64,000 nt of DNA from an uncultured Candidatus Saccharibacteria bacterium. GTDB taxonomy: Bacteria; Patescibacteriota; Minisyncoccia; Phycocordibacterales; UBA9973. The notes beneath the pieces were generated by a model, which did no database searches, was not told where the DNA came from, and worked only from the letters and a program-made list of their open reading frames with translations. The stretch is taken from positions 43,927 to 107,926 of the forward strand of contig CAZADR010000001.1 of NCBI GenBank assembly GCA_964484005.1, read 5' to 3'. Position numbers and translations under genes: made by a program. This document shows positions 26,688-36,478 of this stretch, piece by piece. Positions within the stretch are counted from its first letter, which is position 1, and each line of letters begins with the position of its first letter.

Positions 26688-27245
26688 TTAACCACCAGCT
26701 AAAAATGTCATTTTATCTCTTATTTCTTTTTTTCTTTTATTTATCTCTTCTTGCTCTTCCAAATTGCTTCCAAAGCATATATCTCTGTTTGTTTTCTCTG
26801 GGGTATTCTCTGTATAGATAGTTTGCTTAAATTTACTAGCCAGTTTGCAGGATTCAGCAAACTGGTTTGCGGACACTGGCATATTTATAAAAGATTTTAG
26901 TATAGCGACAAGTTTATTTTTGTTTATGTGGAAGTACCTCTTTCTAGGAATACCACGAAGTTCTACTTCAAGCACATCGAGTTTCTTCCAAATTTTTATC
27001 GCCTTTTCTTGTTGGCTTCTAGTTAAACAGCTTTCTTGGTAAATTTCCCTTATTGTTTTATAAGTCCAATCTGGGTCTGAACCTTTGTTATCCCAATAGA
27101 GTAACTGTGATAGAAAAAGCCCAGCAGTTGCACTTTTAGCTAATCTGCCGAGTATTGGATTAAATGCGATAGGTTTTGCACCCAATATTTCAATAATAAG
27201 AGAGTTGTAGTTTGTATTAGCCCTGCCTTGATTTTTGTTTTTCAT
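26688..27245 (-). CDS. Winged-HTH protein resembling the replication-initiator RepA_N / DnaD-like N-terminal domain
   Basis: ATAGLFLSQLLYWDNKG...WTYKTIREIYQESCLTRSQQEKAIKIWKKLDVLEV resembles the RepA_N pattern. Low-confidence family call. Confidence 0.4.
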   Translation of the reverse strand: MKNKNQGRANTNYNSLIIEILGAKPIAFNPILGRLAKSATAGLFLSQLLYWDNKGSDPDWTYKTIREIYQESCLTRSQQEKAIKIWKKLDVLEVELRGIPRKRYFHINKNKLVAILKSFINMPVSANQFAESCKLASKFKQTIYTENTPEKTNRDICFGSNLEEQEEINKRKKEIRDKMTFLAGG

Positions 27246-27262
27246 ATCAGCTCTTTTATTTT

Positions 27263-27451
27263 TTAATGATCAGAACCTAAAACTGACCCACTAGGAGCTG
27301 ATACTAATGGGTCTGTTTTAAGCACCGATTTTTCTTTTTGTTTATCCTCGTAATCAAAACGTGCGAGCAAATCAAAAAAGGAAGACAGCTCGTCCAGCTC
27401 TTCTTTGTCTAAATGTTCTATTGAGGTGAGATTGTTATCTTCGCTATACAC
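27263..27451 (-). CDS. Small acidic hypothetical protein (62 aa)
   Basis: ORF only. Confidence 0.2.
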   Translation of the reverse strand: MYSEDNNLTSIEHLDKEELDELSSFFDLLARFDYEDKQKEKSVLKTDPLVSAPSGSVLGSDH

Positions 27452-27623
27452 TTGGGTCTTTTTTTGACCCCGTTTGTTTATTGCGACAAATAAAAAACGG
27501 ATTGTCCCGTAGCAGAATCCGTAGCAAGAGGTTTTGGATCTCTATCTCAAGAGATCGCCAATGTATTGAGTTACTCAGATTATAGCACTTCTTATAATAC
27601 CGGCAAATATGTTATCCACACTA

Positions 27624-30041
27624 TTATTTATCGTTATCTTTCTTCTTCTTTTCAGCTTTAGGTTTTTTAGATTTTTCGCGAGCTATTTTTTCTTCCATTT
27701 CCTTGCCAAATTTACTATCCACAATAAAAGAACCCCACACTTCAAAAATAAATTTATCTATATCATATTGTTCAACAACTTGATACATCATTGCTTCTGC
27801 ATCATCGCGGATGCTCAATGATCCGTTAATACTTTCTCTTTCGTAATCATCGCGCCACCTCCATAATTCTCGTTTTAATTGATCCTTATGAGGTAATCCC
27901 AAAACATTGTGGTCTTCAGGATCAACTCCGGCAGGCAAATTAGTAAGGTGTTTTGCAAAATACTTTGCTTCAAATTCTGTGATTTTTATTTTCAGATCAG
28001 CAAATATATCCATCCATCCCTTTTTTAGAGCAATAATGCCTAAATAACAGGCCTTTTCTAAAACTCTTGGTTCGTTGTATCCATATCCTCTTGTAGTTTT
28101 TTGCAAAGTATCTTTTGTTATTGAATAAAGACAATTTATACAATCTTGAACGAGCGCTTTGTCTTCCAATTTTTCTGCTACAATTATGCCTGTTTTTGCA
28201 ACACTATCTGTAAGGGTGTTGAAAGGATTTGAGCCACCATCAAACTTCTCGGCGTGGCTTACAAAAAAACTTGGCAGGTGGATGTTCCAAGCTAGACGGC
28301 TTTTTAATTCAGTCACATCTTTTTTAAAATCATCATCTTGTATTAGATCAACTATAAGATTATTTATATTGAACAGAAGACGACCTATACTATCAGTAAG
28401 AGTTGTGTCACAGCTTTTTACTGTTTCCGATAAAATCCGCAAACTCATATTTAATTCACGAAAGAACTCTATTAGATTTCTTTTATACCTATCCTTTTCT
28501 CTTGTATCTGTAATTTTAGAATAATGTTCCATTATTACCGCAAGGGTGGTGTAAAACTCATCATAACCCTTACTTAAACTGAAACGAGTTTGTATATCGT
28601 CAGGAAGCAAACCAGCTTTAATAAAATTATTGATGTGATTTGCGATGGTAGCAATGTTTTTTAAAGCGCCCTTGATATGTATCTGTCTATCAATATCAGG
28701 ACTAGTAAATACTGCGCTAATGATACGAAGAAATGTCGTGGAACAGAGATCCACAATAATGGTTTGTTTTTGAGATAGACCATAAATGGCTACACTCATT
28801 ATTTTATCTAGTAGTCCGTGAAGTGTTAAAGAAAGTCCTTTCTGTGAAGCTATAACTGCGATATCACGAAGCACTTGCAAACCTTTATAAACGACCTCTA
28901 TATTTTTTGCTCGTTGTCCGCTTTCAATGTAAAAGTTTAAATTTCCCAGTATTAGATCTAATATGGGGTTTTCGTTTCTCTGGCTTATGAAAGTGATTTC
29001 TTGTGCCTTGCCTGCCAATCCGCGATAAATATCAATTATATAGGTAGCAAGTTCGTCCTTGCCATCTTTGATAAACTTTTCTCCCGCCTTATTTAATCTT
29101 TCAAGATTTTTATTAACGAAAGTTTGGCTATCACTTTCTACTGCAAGAAATACTGTGCCAGATGGTAGTATGAGGGATGAGGTTTTTCGTGCTTCAAAAA
29201 ATCTAATCAGTATTCTATAAACTGCTGTGAACCCTCGCTTGGTAGTGCCTACCTCTTGCTTGTCGCTTAATTTTAATGAAATCTCTACAAGATTTTCTAT
29301 TTGCCTATCAAGGTTTATCATAAACGGCTGTAAAAATTGATTATATGCTTGGGCAAGTCCCATATCGTTAGTGATAGAGGGATTTCTGGTGTGAAGCAAA
29401 TCAGCTAACCGTTCTGCATCGGATTGCAATTTATTTAAAAATCTCACTCCCTCTTTTTCTAAAAAAGAAATTGCTTCTGACGGGTTTAGTTTTTGCCGGA
29501 CATTTTTATATTGCCAATCTATCAAAGCAAAAACGGCTCCAACTAATACAAGAGATAACAATACTATTCCCGAACTGATGTTATGTAAAATTGTTGTTAA
29601 ACTTCCAACATAAAGCCCACCGCCTAAAAATAAGAGTGTGATAATTATCACTACAAAATAAACAAACTTTTCTTTCCAGTCGTGTATAAAAACCTCAAAA
29701 TACTGGGATGAGTAAAGCTCTGCCGCACTCTGAATAAGGAAAATTGAAATAGTGAATACTATCGCAATAGTGCCTCCGGTCATTGCTCCGAGAGCGACTA
29801 GATAATTGCTTAAAATATCTTGCGTAAAGTTTAGTCCGCCAAAATAATTTACTATTAAGCCAATACCAAGACCGATTACTAAAAAAGATAGTCGTCTCAT
29901 CCAGCCAAAATGTTTTCCCAGAGATGATAAAAATCTTTTCCATCTTCCCAGATATAACCACATTGTCAGCTTGTAGCTATATTTTAGGTATTGAAGCCAT
30001 CCCTGTTTCCACTCTTTTATTTCTGCTAATAAAAGTTTCAT
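27624..30041 (-). CDS. 805-aa polytopic membrane protein of unknown function with a large helical cytoplasmic domain and a K-rich C-terminal tail (element cargo)
   Basis: About 5 N-terminal transmembrane helices, a long alpha-helical region and a KSKKPKAEKKKKDNDK tail. No recognised catalytic motif. Confidence 0.6.
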   Translation of the reverse strand: MKLLLAEIKEWKQGWLQYLKYSYKLTMWLYLGRWKRFLSSLGKHFGWMRRLSFLVIGLGIGLIVNYFGGLNFTQDILSNYLVALGAMTGGTIAIVFTISIFLIQSAAELYSSQYFEVFIHDWKEKFVYFVVIIITLLFLGGGLYVGSLTTILHNISSGIVLLSLVLVGAVFALIDWQYKNVRQKLNPSEAISFLEKEGVRFLNKLQSDAERLADLLHTRNPSITNDMGLAQAYNQFLQPFMINLDRQIENLVEISLKLSDKQEVGTTKRGFTAVYRILIRFFEARKTSSLILPSGTVFLAVESDSQTFVNKNLERLNKAGEKFIKDGKDELATYIIDIYRGLAGKAQEITFISQRNENPILDLILGNLNFYIESGQRAKNIEVVYKGLQVLRDIAVIASQKGLSLTLHGLLDKIMSVAIYGLSQKQTIIVDLCSTTFLRIISAVFTSPDIDRQIHIKGALKNIATIANHINNFIKAGLLPDDIQTRFSLSKGYDEFYTTLAVIMEHYSKITDTREKDRYKRNLIEFFRELNMSLRILSETVKSCDTTLTDSIGRLLFNINNLIVDLIQDDDFKKDVTELKSRLAWNIHLPSFFVSHAEKFDGGSNPFNTLTDSVAKTGIIVAEKLEDKALVQDCINCLYSITKDTLQKTTRGYGYNEPRVLEKACYLGIIALKKGWMDIFADLKIKITEFEAKYFAKHLTNLPAGVDPEDHNVLGLPHKDQLKRELWRWRDDYERESINGSLSIRDDAEAMMYQVVEQYDIDKFIFEVWGSFIVDSKFGKEMEEKIAREKSKKPKAEKKKKDNDK

Positions 30042-30201
30042 AATAAGCTGTATCTTAACATTTTGGGCTTAAAAAATATACTGAAATTGGGTTTCTGGCA
30101 AAATCTCAAAAAATTGCAATAAGACAAGAGTAATTATATAATTATTGGATAACTTAATAAGAAAGACCTAAACCCTGTGGATGGCCTTAAAACTATAGGA
30201 T

Positions 30202-30316
30202 ATGGTCGCAAAGTCGGATCACGCATAAAGAACCCATCGCAGGGTTGCGTGATCCGCCATATCGGGAAACCGGTATGAGAGGTTTCGGCCTCTACCTGTG
30301 GTGGGCTTTTTGTTTT
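30202..30316 (+). ncRNA. Candidate structured RNA element A (unknown family), ending in a U-tract 12 nt before the ATG at 30328
   Basis: Nested hairpins ggatcacgc/gcgtgatcc and aaccc/gggtt, a GAAA-tetraloop hairpin cgg-gaaa-ccg, and agagg/cctct, followed by gggctttttgtttt. It is homologous to element B at 37884-37999, with compensatory substitutions in each stem. Confidence 0.35.
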
Positions 30317-30327
30317 AGTAAAATTAT

Positions 30328-31344
30328 ATGAAAAAATTCTGGCAAATATCGAAAATAGCAATAGCAAGTATAGCAATATTTTCATTTCTCGTTCTTGTAT
30401 TTTTAGTTATTATTGTTTGGGATGATACTGACACAGAAACATCACAAAATGCGGATTTTTTAGCTAAACAACAAGAAGCACTTAATAAAGCAATAGATGA
30501 GATCGAAACAAAATCAAATCTAGAAACAGATGAATTAAAGAAAGAGATTGAAAATTTAAAAAGTAAAACCACCAAACAAACTCAAAACCAACAACAAGCT
30601 AATAATAACATTGCTGAATTAAAGAATGAGTTAAAATCCACTGATGCTTTAGTTAATGAAAATTATGACGAACAATCTGATGTTGTCTTAGATTCCATTG
30701 CTAAAGTTGCTTGTTTTTTAACTAAAAATAAGACCATTTTTGGTTCGGGTTCAGTATGGGGCGTAGGTGATGATTATTATTTAGTTACCAATAAACACGT
30801 TTTAGAAGAAGCAGATAGAGAAGATGAAAGTTGCGCTATATCGATTGCTAGAGATTGGAATGCAGTGGCTAATGATGTTGAAAAGGCCTATCAAGATGAT
30901 AACTTACTTATATATAGTTTAGACCTGAATTATACCTATTGGGAGATAGATGGGTTTGATTTTGCAATCACTAAAATAATTGAAGATAAGCAACCACTCT
31001 CTTTTCTCGATGATATTGCGATGGAAACAAATGAGACTGAGTGTAATGAGAATTTAGGGGTTGGAGAAAAAATAAAAATTATAGGATTTCCTTATACTAG
31101 TTCTGTTGCTCTACCCACTATTACAGAAGGAATTATTTCAAGTTTTGAGTATATTGGTGATAGTAGTTACTATATAACATCTGCAAAAATTGAACACGGA
31201 AATTCTGGCGGAATGGCGGTAACTAATAACTATCATTGTCTGATAGGTATACCCTCTGCTGTTGTTGTCGGTGATTCAGAGAGTTTAGGAAGGATTCTTG
31301 TTTTAACAGAGAAAGATTTAAAAACTCTTTTTGATCAGATTTAG
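30328..31344 (+). CDS. Membrane-anchored trypsin-like (S1 family) serine protease with an N-terminal transmembrane helix and coiled-coil
   Basis: LVTNKHV (His), a conserved Asp, and the GNSGG (HGNSGGMAV) Ser motif. Confidence 0.65.
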   Translation: MKKFWQISKIAIASIAIFSFLVLVFLVIIVWDDTDTETSQNADFLAKQQEALNKAIDEIETKSNLETDELKKEIENLKSKTTKQTQNQQQANNNIAELKNELKSTDALVNENYDEQSDVVLDSIAKVACFLTKNKTIFGSGSVWGVGDDYYLVTNKHVLEEADREDESCAISIARDWNAVANDVEKAYQDDNLLIYSLDLNYTYWEIDGFDFAITKIIEDKQPLSFLDDIAMETNETECNENLGVGEKIKIIGFPYTSSVALPTITEGIISSFEYIGDSSYYITSAKIEHGNSGGMAVTNNYHCLIGIPSAVVVGDSESLGRILVLTEKDLKTLFDQI

Positions 31345-31354
31345 TAGATAATTT

Positions 31355-31849
31355 ATGGAAAAAGAAAAACCTAGATCATTTAGATTAAGTCGAGAAACAA
31401 TGTTTGATAATACCATTTATGGAGATATGTCTAAAAAAGATTGGTGGAAGTTTAAAAAGGTAAGTTACAAAGTAAATTATAGAAATCTTGCTTTATTATT
31501 TATCTTTTTCTTATTTCTAATACCAACGTTATTCCCTGTTGGTAGCATTGCTCTCATTATTTGGATTATTTTATGGATAAAACATAAACTATCTCAACCA
31601 AGAGAGGTTGTTATTGCTTCAAAAACGCTTACTCCGGAAGATATTAAAAAATTTCTTGGAAATGGAGCAGATAACCTAACCAACGAAGAAGCCCAAAAAC
31701 TTTTTATGGAATTACCTGTAGAAAAACAAATGGAAGCTGTTTTTAGCAATTCTCCAAAGGAGTTAAAAAGAGAAAGAAACGTAAAAATAATTGTGAGCAT
31801 TATTGTTCTAGTTGGCCTAGCGGTATTGCCTTTTTTATTACTAAATTAA
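31355..31849 (+). CDS. Hypothetical membrane protein
   Basis: ORF with transmembrane helices. Confidence 0.4.
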   Translation: MEKEKPRSFRLSRETMFDNTIYGDMSKKDWWKFKKVSYKVNYRNLALLFIFFLFLIPTLFPVGSIALIIWIILWIKHKLSQPREVVIASKTLTPEDIKKFLGNGADNLTNEEAQKLFMELPVEKQMEAVFSNSPKELKRERNVKIIVSIIVLVGLAVLPFLLLN

Positions 31850-31894
31850 GCAGATAATAATTTATGAAAAAATTAAAAGTTAATAAAAAACAAA

Positions 31895-32188
31895 ATGAAT
31901 AATAGCTGGGGTGTTGGACTTCTGATTGGTGGAATTATTGGAATATCTATAGGCGCAACTTTTGGGCCTTCTAAAAAAGACTATGAACGAGCAAAAGGGC
32001 AATGTTATATCGTCCGAGATGATTATAGTTCTGCTCTTGAAGATGCCACTTCAAGTATTGAGGAAGCAAATAGCCAAATAGCTGATGGGCAAGGTTATGC
32101 TTGGTCTTCTTATAATGAAATGGGAGAGGCTTTAGAGAATTTATACGAAGTTGATGATGCTGACAATCCCGGAACTACTTGTTATTAG
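31895..32188 (+). CDS. Hypothetical small protein with an N-terminal transmembrane helix
   Basis: ORF only. Confidence 0.35.
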   Translation: MNNSWGVGLLIGGIIGISIGATFGPSKKDYERAKGQCYIVRDDYSSALEDATSSIEEANSQIADGQGYAWSSYNEMGEALENLYEVDDADNPGTTCY

Positions 32189-32357
32189 AAATTAGCTAAT
32201 GCAATGAAATACTACTTTAAAAAATTTCTATACTTTACCATAATGATCGCATTTTTCTATATGACTTTTTATATTCTCGGTGGATGGGCGTTATTTTTTT
32301 GGGTGCCTTTTATATTTTATCAATTAGAGTAATTAAGTATCTAGTTCTAAAAATTAT

Positions 32358-32711
32358 ATGGAAAACAATGATAAAAAAATGTGGGGTCTTGAATCAGATA
32401 CATATGATAAATTGGCAAGTAGTCATTCTAGGGCAAATATATTTTTATGGATTGTTGGGGGCTTAATATACAATTTTTTTAATGGCGATTTAATAAGTTT
32501 GTCATCTGTCTTAGTTGTTTTCCCCGGCATATTTATTGCTTCTTTTGCTTCAATTCCAACCTTCTGGGTTAATGTTAAAAAAATGCAGATACTCCAAAAA
32601 ACAAATAATATACTAGTGCTAATAGGATTCACTATTTGGTATGCGGTTGATCTTATTTTTCCAATTCTAATGAGTATTCTATTTATCAAGTTTATTAGTT
32701 TGTTTAATTAA
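32358..32711 (+). CDS. Hypothetical membrane protein
   Basis: ORF with multiple transmembrane segments. Confidence 0.35.
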   Translation: MENNDKKMWGLESDTYDKLASSHSRANIFLWIVGGLIYNFFNGDLISLSSVLVVFPGIFIASFASIPTFWVNVKKMQILQKTNNILVLIGFTIWYAVDLIFPILMSILFIKFISLFN

Positions 32712-33101
32712 ATTTTATAGAAGATTATATGGAAAAATTAAAACAATACAAATATATAATTTTAATAGTATTGCTAACTTTTGGGTTTGTTTTTTATTGG
32801 TATGAATGGAGACCACACGGAATATAACAAATCACGCAAGAAGAAGTAATTATTATTTAATGTTATAATATAACTATGAAAAACAAAACCCCAACAACAC
32901 GAGAATTAGTAGATAATACATATATTGATTCTGCGTTGCGTGGACTTAAACGTCTTTTAGATGACGACTTTAGGGATGGTAAAATTAGTGAAACTGAATA
33001 TAAAAAACGATCAGATAAATTTACAGAAGCTATAAACGCCCCAGAATAACCCTAGAAATAGGTTTTTTTGATGGGCTAGAATCTGTTGGAATTAAATATA
33101 A

Positions 33102-33653
33102 TTACTTCACCCATTTCTTCCCAGTTAATTTTTCCAGAAGCATCTCTCTCAACTGTTGATCAGAATATCCAGCAAACTTATTAATATGATGTTTGTCCGG
33201 AGAGTATAGACCCTTTAACTTATAAGCCATATCTAGTCCATCTATTATCGCCCTATTATTATCGACAGAATAGAAAGCTATTTTACCTTTTGCTGATTCT
33301 TGTATTACAACGACTTTTAATCTAGCATCCTCTAAACATTCTTTTATTTCTTTGTCTTTCATTTTTTTAGGAAAGCTAAAGTGTTTTATTTCTTTTGCTT
33401 CTAAAAGTTCTAAATGTTTATTCACTAAAAACTCATCATCTATAAAAGATTTCATTAAAACATCCCAGCTTTTAGTTTGTCTTAACTGTTGAGGATTGTC
33501 TGCATAGTTTTGAGAATATCCGGCTTCTTTAATTGAAGCTCCCAATGTCTTACCTTTTCCAAGATTTTCCAAGATTTTTCTATGTCGCTCTAATGGCTTT
33601 TTTTCTCTATTTACTTTTTTATTCATCACTTCTTTATTAAAATTACTTACCAA
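33102..33653 (-). CDS. HTH protein resembling a phage terminase small subunit (Terminase_2-like)
   Basis: ILENLGKGKTLGASIKEAGYSQNYADNPQQL resembles the ...AGYS...A... HTH of small terminase subunits. It sits immediately downstream of recombinase 2. Confidence 0.4.
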   Translation of the reverse strand: MVSNFNKEVMNKKVNREKKPLERHRKILENLGKGKTLGASIKEAGYSQNYADNPQQLRQTKSWDVLMKSFIDDEFLVNKHLELLEAKEIKHFSFPKKMKDKEIKECLEDARLKVVVIQESAKGKIAFYSVDNNRAIIDGLDMAYKLKGLYSPDKHHINKFAGYSDQQLREMLLEKLTGKKWVK

Positions 33654-33680
33654 ACTTTATTAAAATGATTCTCTGATAGT

Positions 33681-35345
33681 TTAATACGCTAAAAGTGACT
33701 TTATTTCAGCCAATGCTATACTAGGAAAAGGATATTCTTCGAGCCAATTTATAGTTCGAAAGTCGTCCACAATACCGAGCAATGTTTTGTATTTATAGTC
33801 AAAATCAGACTTTTGTATTGGAGATACAAGGCTTTTTTGTAGTTCGTAGACTTCATTTAGCTTAGGAATCCATTCAAGCAGATATTTGCATGCTAAATTG
33901 TAATTTGGCTTTATTTCATTTACGTTTTGTGCGAAGTTCGTAAATAATTGAGCAAACAATAACCTCTTTTCATCTGTAAGTGCTTGCTCGTAAATTTCTT
34001 TAGCCTTGAAAGCTAATTCGTGGATTATTAAACGCAACTCTTGGTAATCATCGCTTTGGCTAACAACTTTTTCAAGCGTAGATTCAAGGGCATCTTCTTC
34101 AGTTTTACATTCAGCAATCTTTCTTTCGCAATATTCAAGTGGTACTTCTTTGTTTATTGTTGCCTCAAAATATTTATCTTTCTGTTTTCTTATGCTTGTG
34201 AGTAGCCCATTCAGTCTTTGAATTTCAGTTTCCCTTAACTTCACATTCTCAGCATTTTCTTCCAAGATAATTCCTTCAATCCATTTTAGTACCGCTTCAT
34301 TCTTAGGGGCTATTTTAAAGAATACGGGGTCTACCTGCTTTTCTACTTCTTCCTCCTTGATATAGGTCTTTTTGGTGCAATGACGAGATTTTAAGTGGTT
34401 ATTACAATGTCCATAAAGAATACCTTTTTGTGTTTCCCAGCTCAATACTCCGCCACAACCATCACAAAAGATTTTTCCTTGAAATAAATAATTGTGCTTG
34501 GTGGTAATAACATTTTTACCTCTTCTTTTAAGAACACTTTGTGCTTTCTCAAATAAGTCTTTGGTAATTAAAGGCTTGTGTTTTGCTGGGTATATTTCAC
34601 CTTTCCATTTCATTTTGCCATAGTAGAATGGGTCTTGAAGTAATTCATAGATTCTACTTTGTAAAACTTTATTTCCATTTGTTGAACGAAGCCCCGTTTT
34701 ATACATTTCATCCTCAAGACTTTGTATAGAATAGTTTCCCGTAGCATATAGCTCAAACATTTTTCTAATATGCGGAGCAACCCCATCATCAATCACATGT
34801 ATTTTGTGTCCTTTGTCCCCAATAGTTTTATATCCAGTTGGTGGTTTGGTTGGCAACCATCCTTGTGCTATTTTTTCTTTCTGCCCCTTTTTCACTTCTT
34901 CGGAAAGGTTAGCTATATATTTCTTTGCAAGAACAATCTCAATATCCCAACGAAATTTTTCGTCCGATTTGGCATACTTGTGTATTACAAGGTTCTGCTT
35001 AACAAAGTGAAGCTGTCTTTCTTCATTAGCCTCAATCCAATCATTTGCTACGACTGCTTCCTTGAGGTTTCTGGTGAGTCGGTCAACTTTTTCACACAAA
35101 AGAATTTGAATATTATTTTTTCCCATATAGCCCATCATTTCAGCAAAGATTTTTCTTTGTTTTGTTCCACTTGCAGATTCTGCAACAGAAAAAGGTTTTG
35201 CCACTTCAAAACCTTTTCTATTTGCATATTCAATTAGTAATTTTTCTTGCGAGGGAAGCGAGTACCCCGTATCCTCTTGTTCTTTTGATGATACACGGCA
35301 ATAAATAACGGCTTTATTCTTTGTGTTTTTTATTTGAGTTTTCAT
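33681..35345 (-). CDS. Large serine recombinase (integrase), copy 2, full length
   Basis: VIYCRVSSKEQEDTGYSLPSQ...DRLTRN, roughly 60-70% identical to copy 1 over the catalytic domain. An internal site at 33777-33795 repeats the copy-1/tRNA junction sequence. Confidence 0.85.
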   Translation of the reverse strand: MKTQIKNTKNKAVIYCRVSSKEQEDTGYSLPSQEKLLIEYANRKGFEVAKPFSVAESASGTKQRKIFAEMMGYMGKNNIQILLCEKVDRLTRNLKEAVVANDWIEANEERQLHFVKQNLVIHKYAKSDEKFRWDIEIVLAKKYIANLSEEVKKGQKEKIAQGWLPTKPPTGYKTIGDKGHKIHVIDDGVAPHIRKMFELYATGNYSIQSLEDEMYKTGLRSTNGNKVLQSRIYELLQDPFYYGKMKWKGEIYPAKHKPLITKDLFEKAQSVLKRRGKNVITTKHNYLFQGKIFCDGCGGVLSWETQKGILYGHCNNHLKSRHCTKKTYIKEEEVEKQVDPVFFKIAPKNEAVLKWIEGIILEENAENVKLRETEIQRLNGLLTSIRKQKDKYFEATINKEVPLEYCERKIAECKTEEDALESTLEKVVSQSDDYQELRLIIHELAFKAKEIYEQALTDEKRLLFAQLFTNFAQNVNEIKPNYNLACKYLLEWIPKLNEVYELQKSLVSPIQKSDFDYKYKTLLGIVDDFRTINWLEEYPFPSIALAEIKSLLAY

Positions 35346-35521
35346 TTAGTTAGATTCTTGCCTACAAAGTTTTTAAAGGTTTTCTTGTCTATTCTGTATT
35401 CCTTGCCAAATTTATATGCTTTAAGTTTCCTTGCCCTTATATATCGGTAAATAGTTATTATATTTAGCTTCAGTATTTCCGCTAATTCTTCGGCTGTATA
35501 GAATTGCTCTTTTTTTCTCAT
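35342..35521 (-). CDS. Excisionase-family HTH protein (59 aa) overlapping the start of recombinase 2 by 4 nt (ATGA); not in the supplied ORF track
   Basis: Minus-strand translation MRKKEQFYTAEELAEILKLNIITIYRYIRARKLKAYKFGKEYRIDKKTFKNFVGKNLTK shows the Xis/MerR-like HTH_17 pattern (TxxEAAExLGVSxxTIYRxIxxGKLPAxRxGRxxRI). Confidence 0.5.
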   Translation of the reverse strand: MRKKEQFYTAEELAEILKLNIITIYRYIRARKLKAYKFGKEYRIDKKTFKNFVGKNLTK

Positions 35522-35580
35522 GTTCCAATTTTATCATACTGGACTTTTCTATACAACCAAAGTTATCCACATTTACCTTA

Positions 35581-35763
35581 TCACGCAGGCAAAGTATTTT
35601 TCTCCTCCTTCTTAAGGCGTTGATAGATACCAAACAGAGTTAAATAATAATTAGCCACTCCATTGGCAATTTCAGCCACTTCCTGTTCAGAATAATTCTC
35701 AAAATCAACATGGTCTTTGTGAATCTCCTTGAATTTATTTATTTGTTCCTGTCGCAGTTCCAT
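35581..35763 (-). CDS. Small hypothetical protein (60 aa)
   Basis: ORF only. Confidence 0.25.
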   Translation of the reverse strand: MELRQEQINKFKEIHKDHVDFENYSEQEVAEIANGVANYYLTLFGIYQRLKKEEKNTLPA

Positions 35764-35961
35764 GTTTAGTTTCTAATTTACTTTTGACGCCCCATTGGGG
35801 GAAACTGACCAGATAGTTTTATCTTTACATCACCACATAATATTATTTGGCTGAACAAGGGGATATATTCTCTGTCCAGAATATAAAATCTTTACAGGTT
35901 CATCTGTCCGAAGGATAGATGAATAATATCAATTATTATATGTGTATATTATTTGTGTATA

Positions 35962-36207
35962 CTATCTGGTATTGGTTGGCTGTTCTTCACTTAACGAGTT
36001 AATGGTTTCAACAAAGTCTTTGTCATTCTCTACAACGCTGAAAGCTTTTTCAGTAACGGTGTACCATTTTGTTTTGTCATATCCGTGTTTATTGAACCTT
36101 CCAGTGTCTATGTATGATTTCTTTTTGAGATTGTCTAAAATTCGTCTAATTGTTGCTATTGTCCAAAAAGAATATTGCTCTTTAAACTTAAGTACAGAAT
36201 TAAACAT
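35962..36207 (-). CDS. Small winged-HTH-like hypothetical protein (possibly RepA_N/DnaD-like)
   Basis: SFWTIATIRRILDNLKKKSYIDTGRFNKHGYDKTKWYTV. Weak resemblance only. Confidence 0.3.
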   Translation of the reverse strand: MFNSVLKFKEQYSFWTIATIRRILDNLKKKSYIDTGRFNKHGYDKTKWYTVTEKAFSVVENDKDFVETINSLSEEQPTNTR

Positions 36208-36478
36208 CCAATATTTACCTTGATAATAGTGATATTCACTCTTTTTTCTTTTGTTGAGATTAACCTAAAAATATATGTTGCTGAACATAATGGCTTCCTC
36301 AACGCCAACATCTTTTGCCACACTTTCACTAAAATAATATTTTTTTATATCATTGTTTTCCATATGTAATTAATGCTTTATGATGTAAACTATGCTTTTC
36401 TTTTTTCGTTTCTACATACACATCATTTAAGCTCATTTTTATTGCTTATAATAAAGAGGAGCTTCAAAAACAGGTACG

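Noticed and set aside
30202-30316. Match of elements A/B to known riboswitch classes (purine, ZTP, fluoride, glycine, c-di-GMP-I, guanidine) or SRP/6S/tmRNA
   Set aside because: Remembered consensus motifs for these families do not match the conserved positions. Without an Rfam search this stays an unassigned RNA candidate.
32729-33049. Two short ORFs (32 aa and 57 aa) between 32711 and 33102
   Set aside because: They are below any confidence threshold with no motifs. Noted only as possible small cargo proteins.
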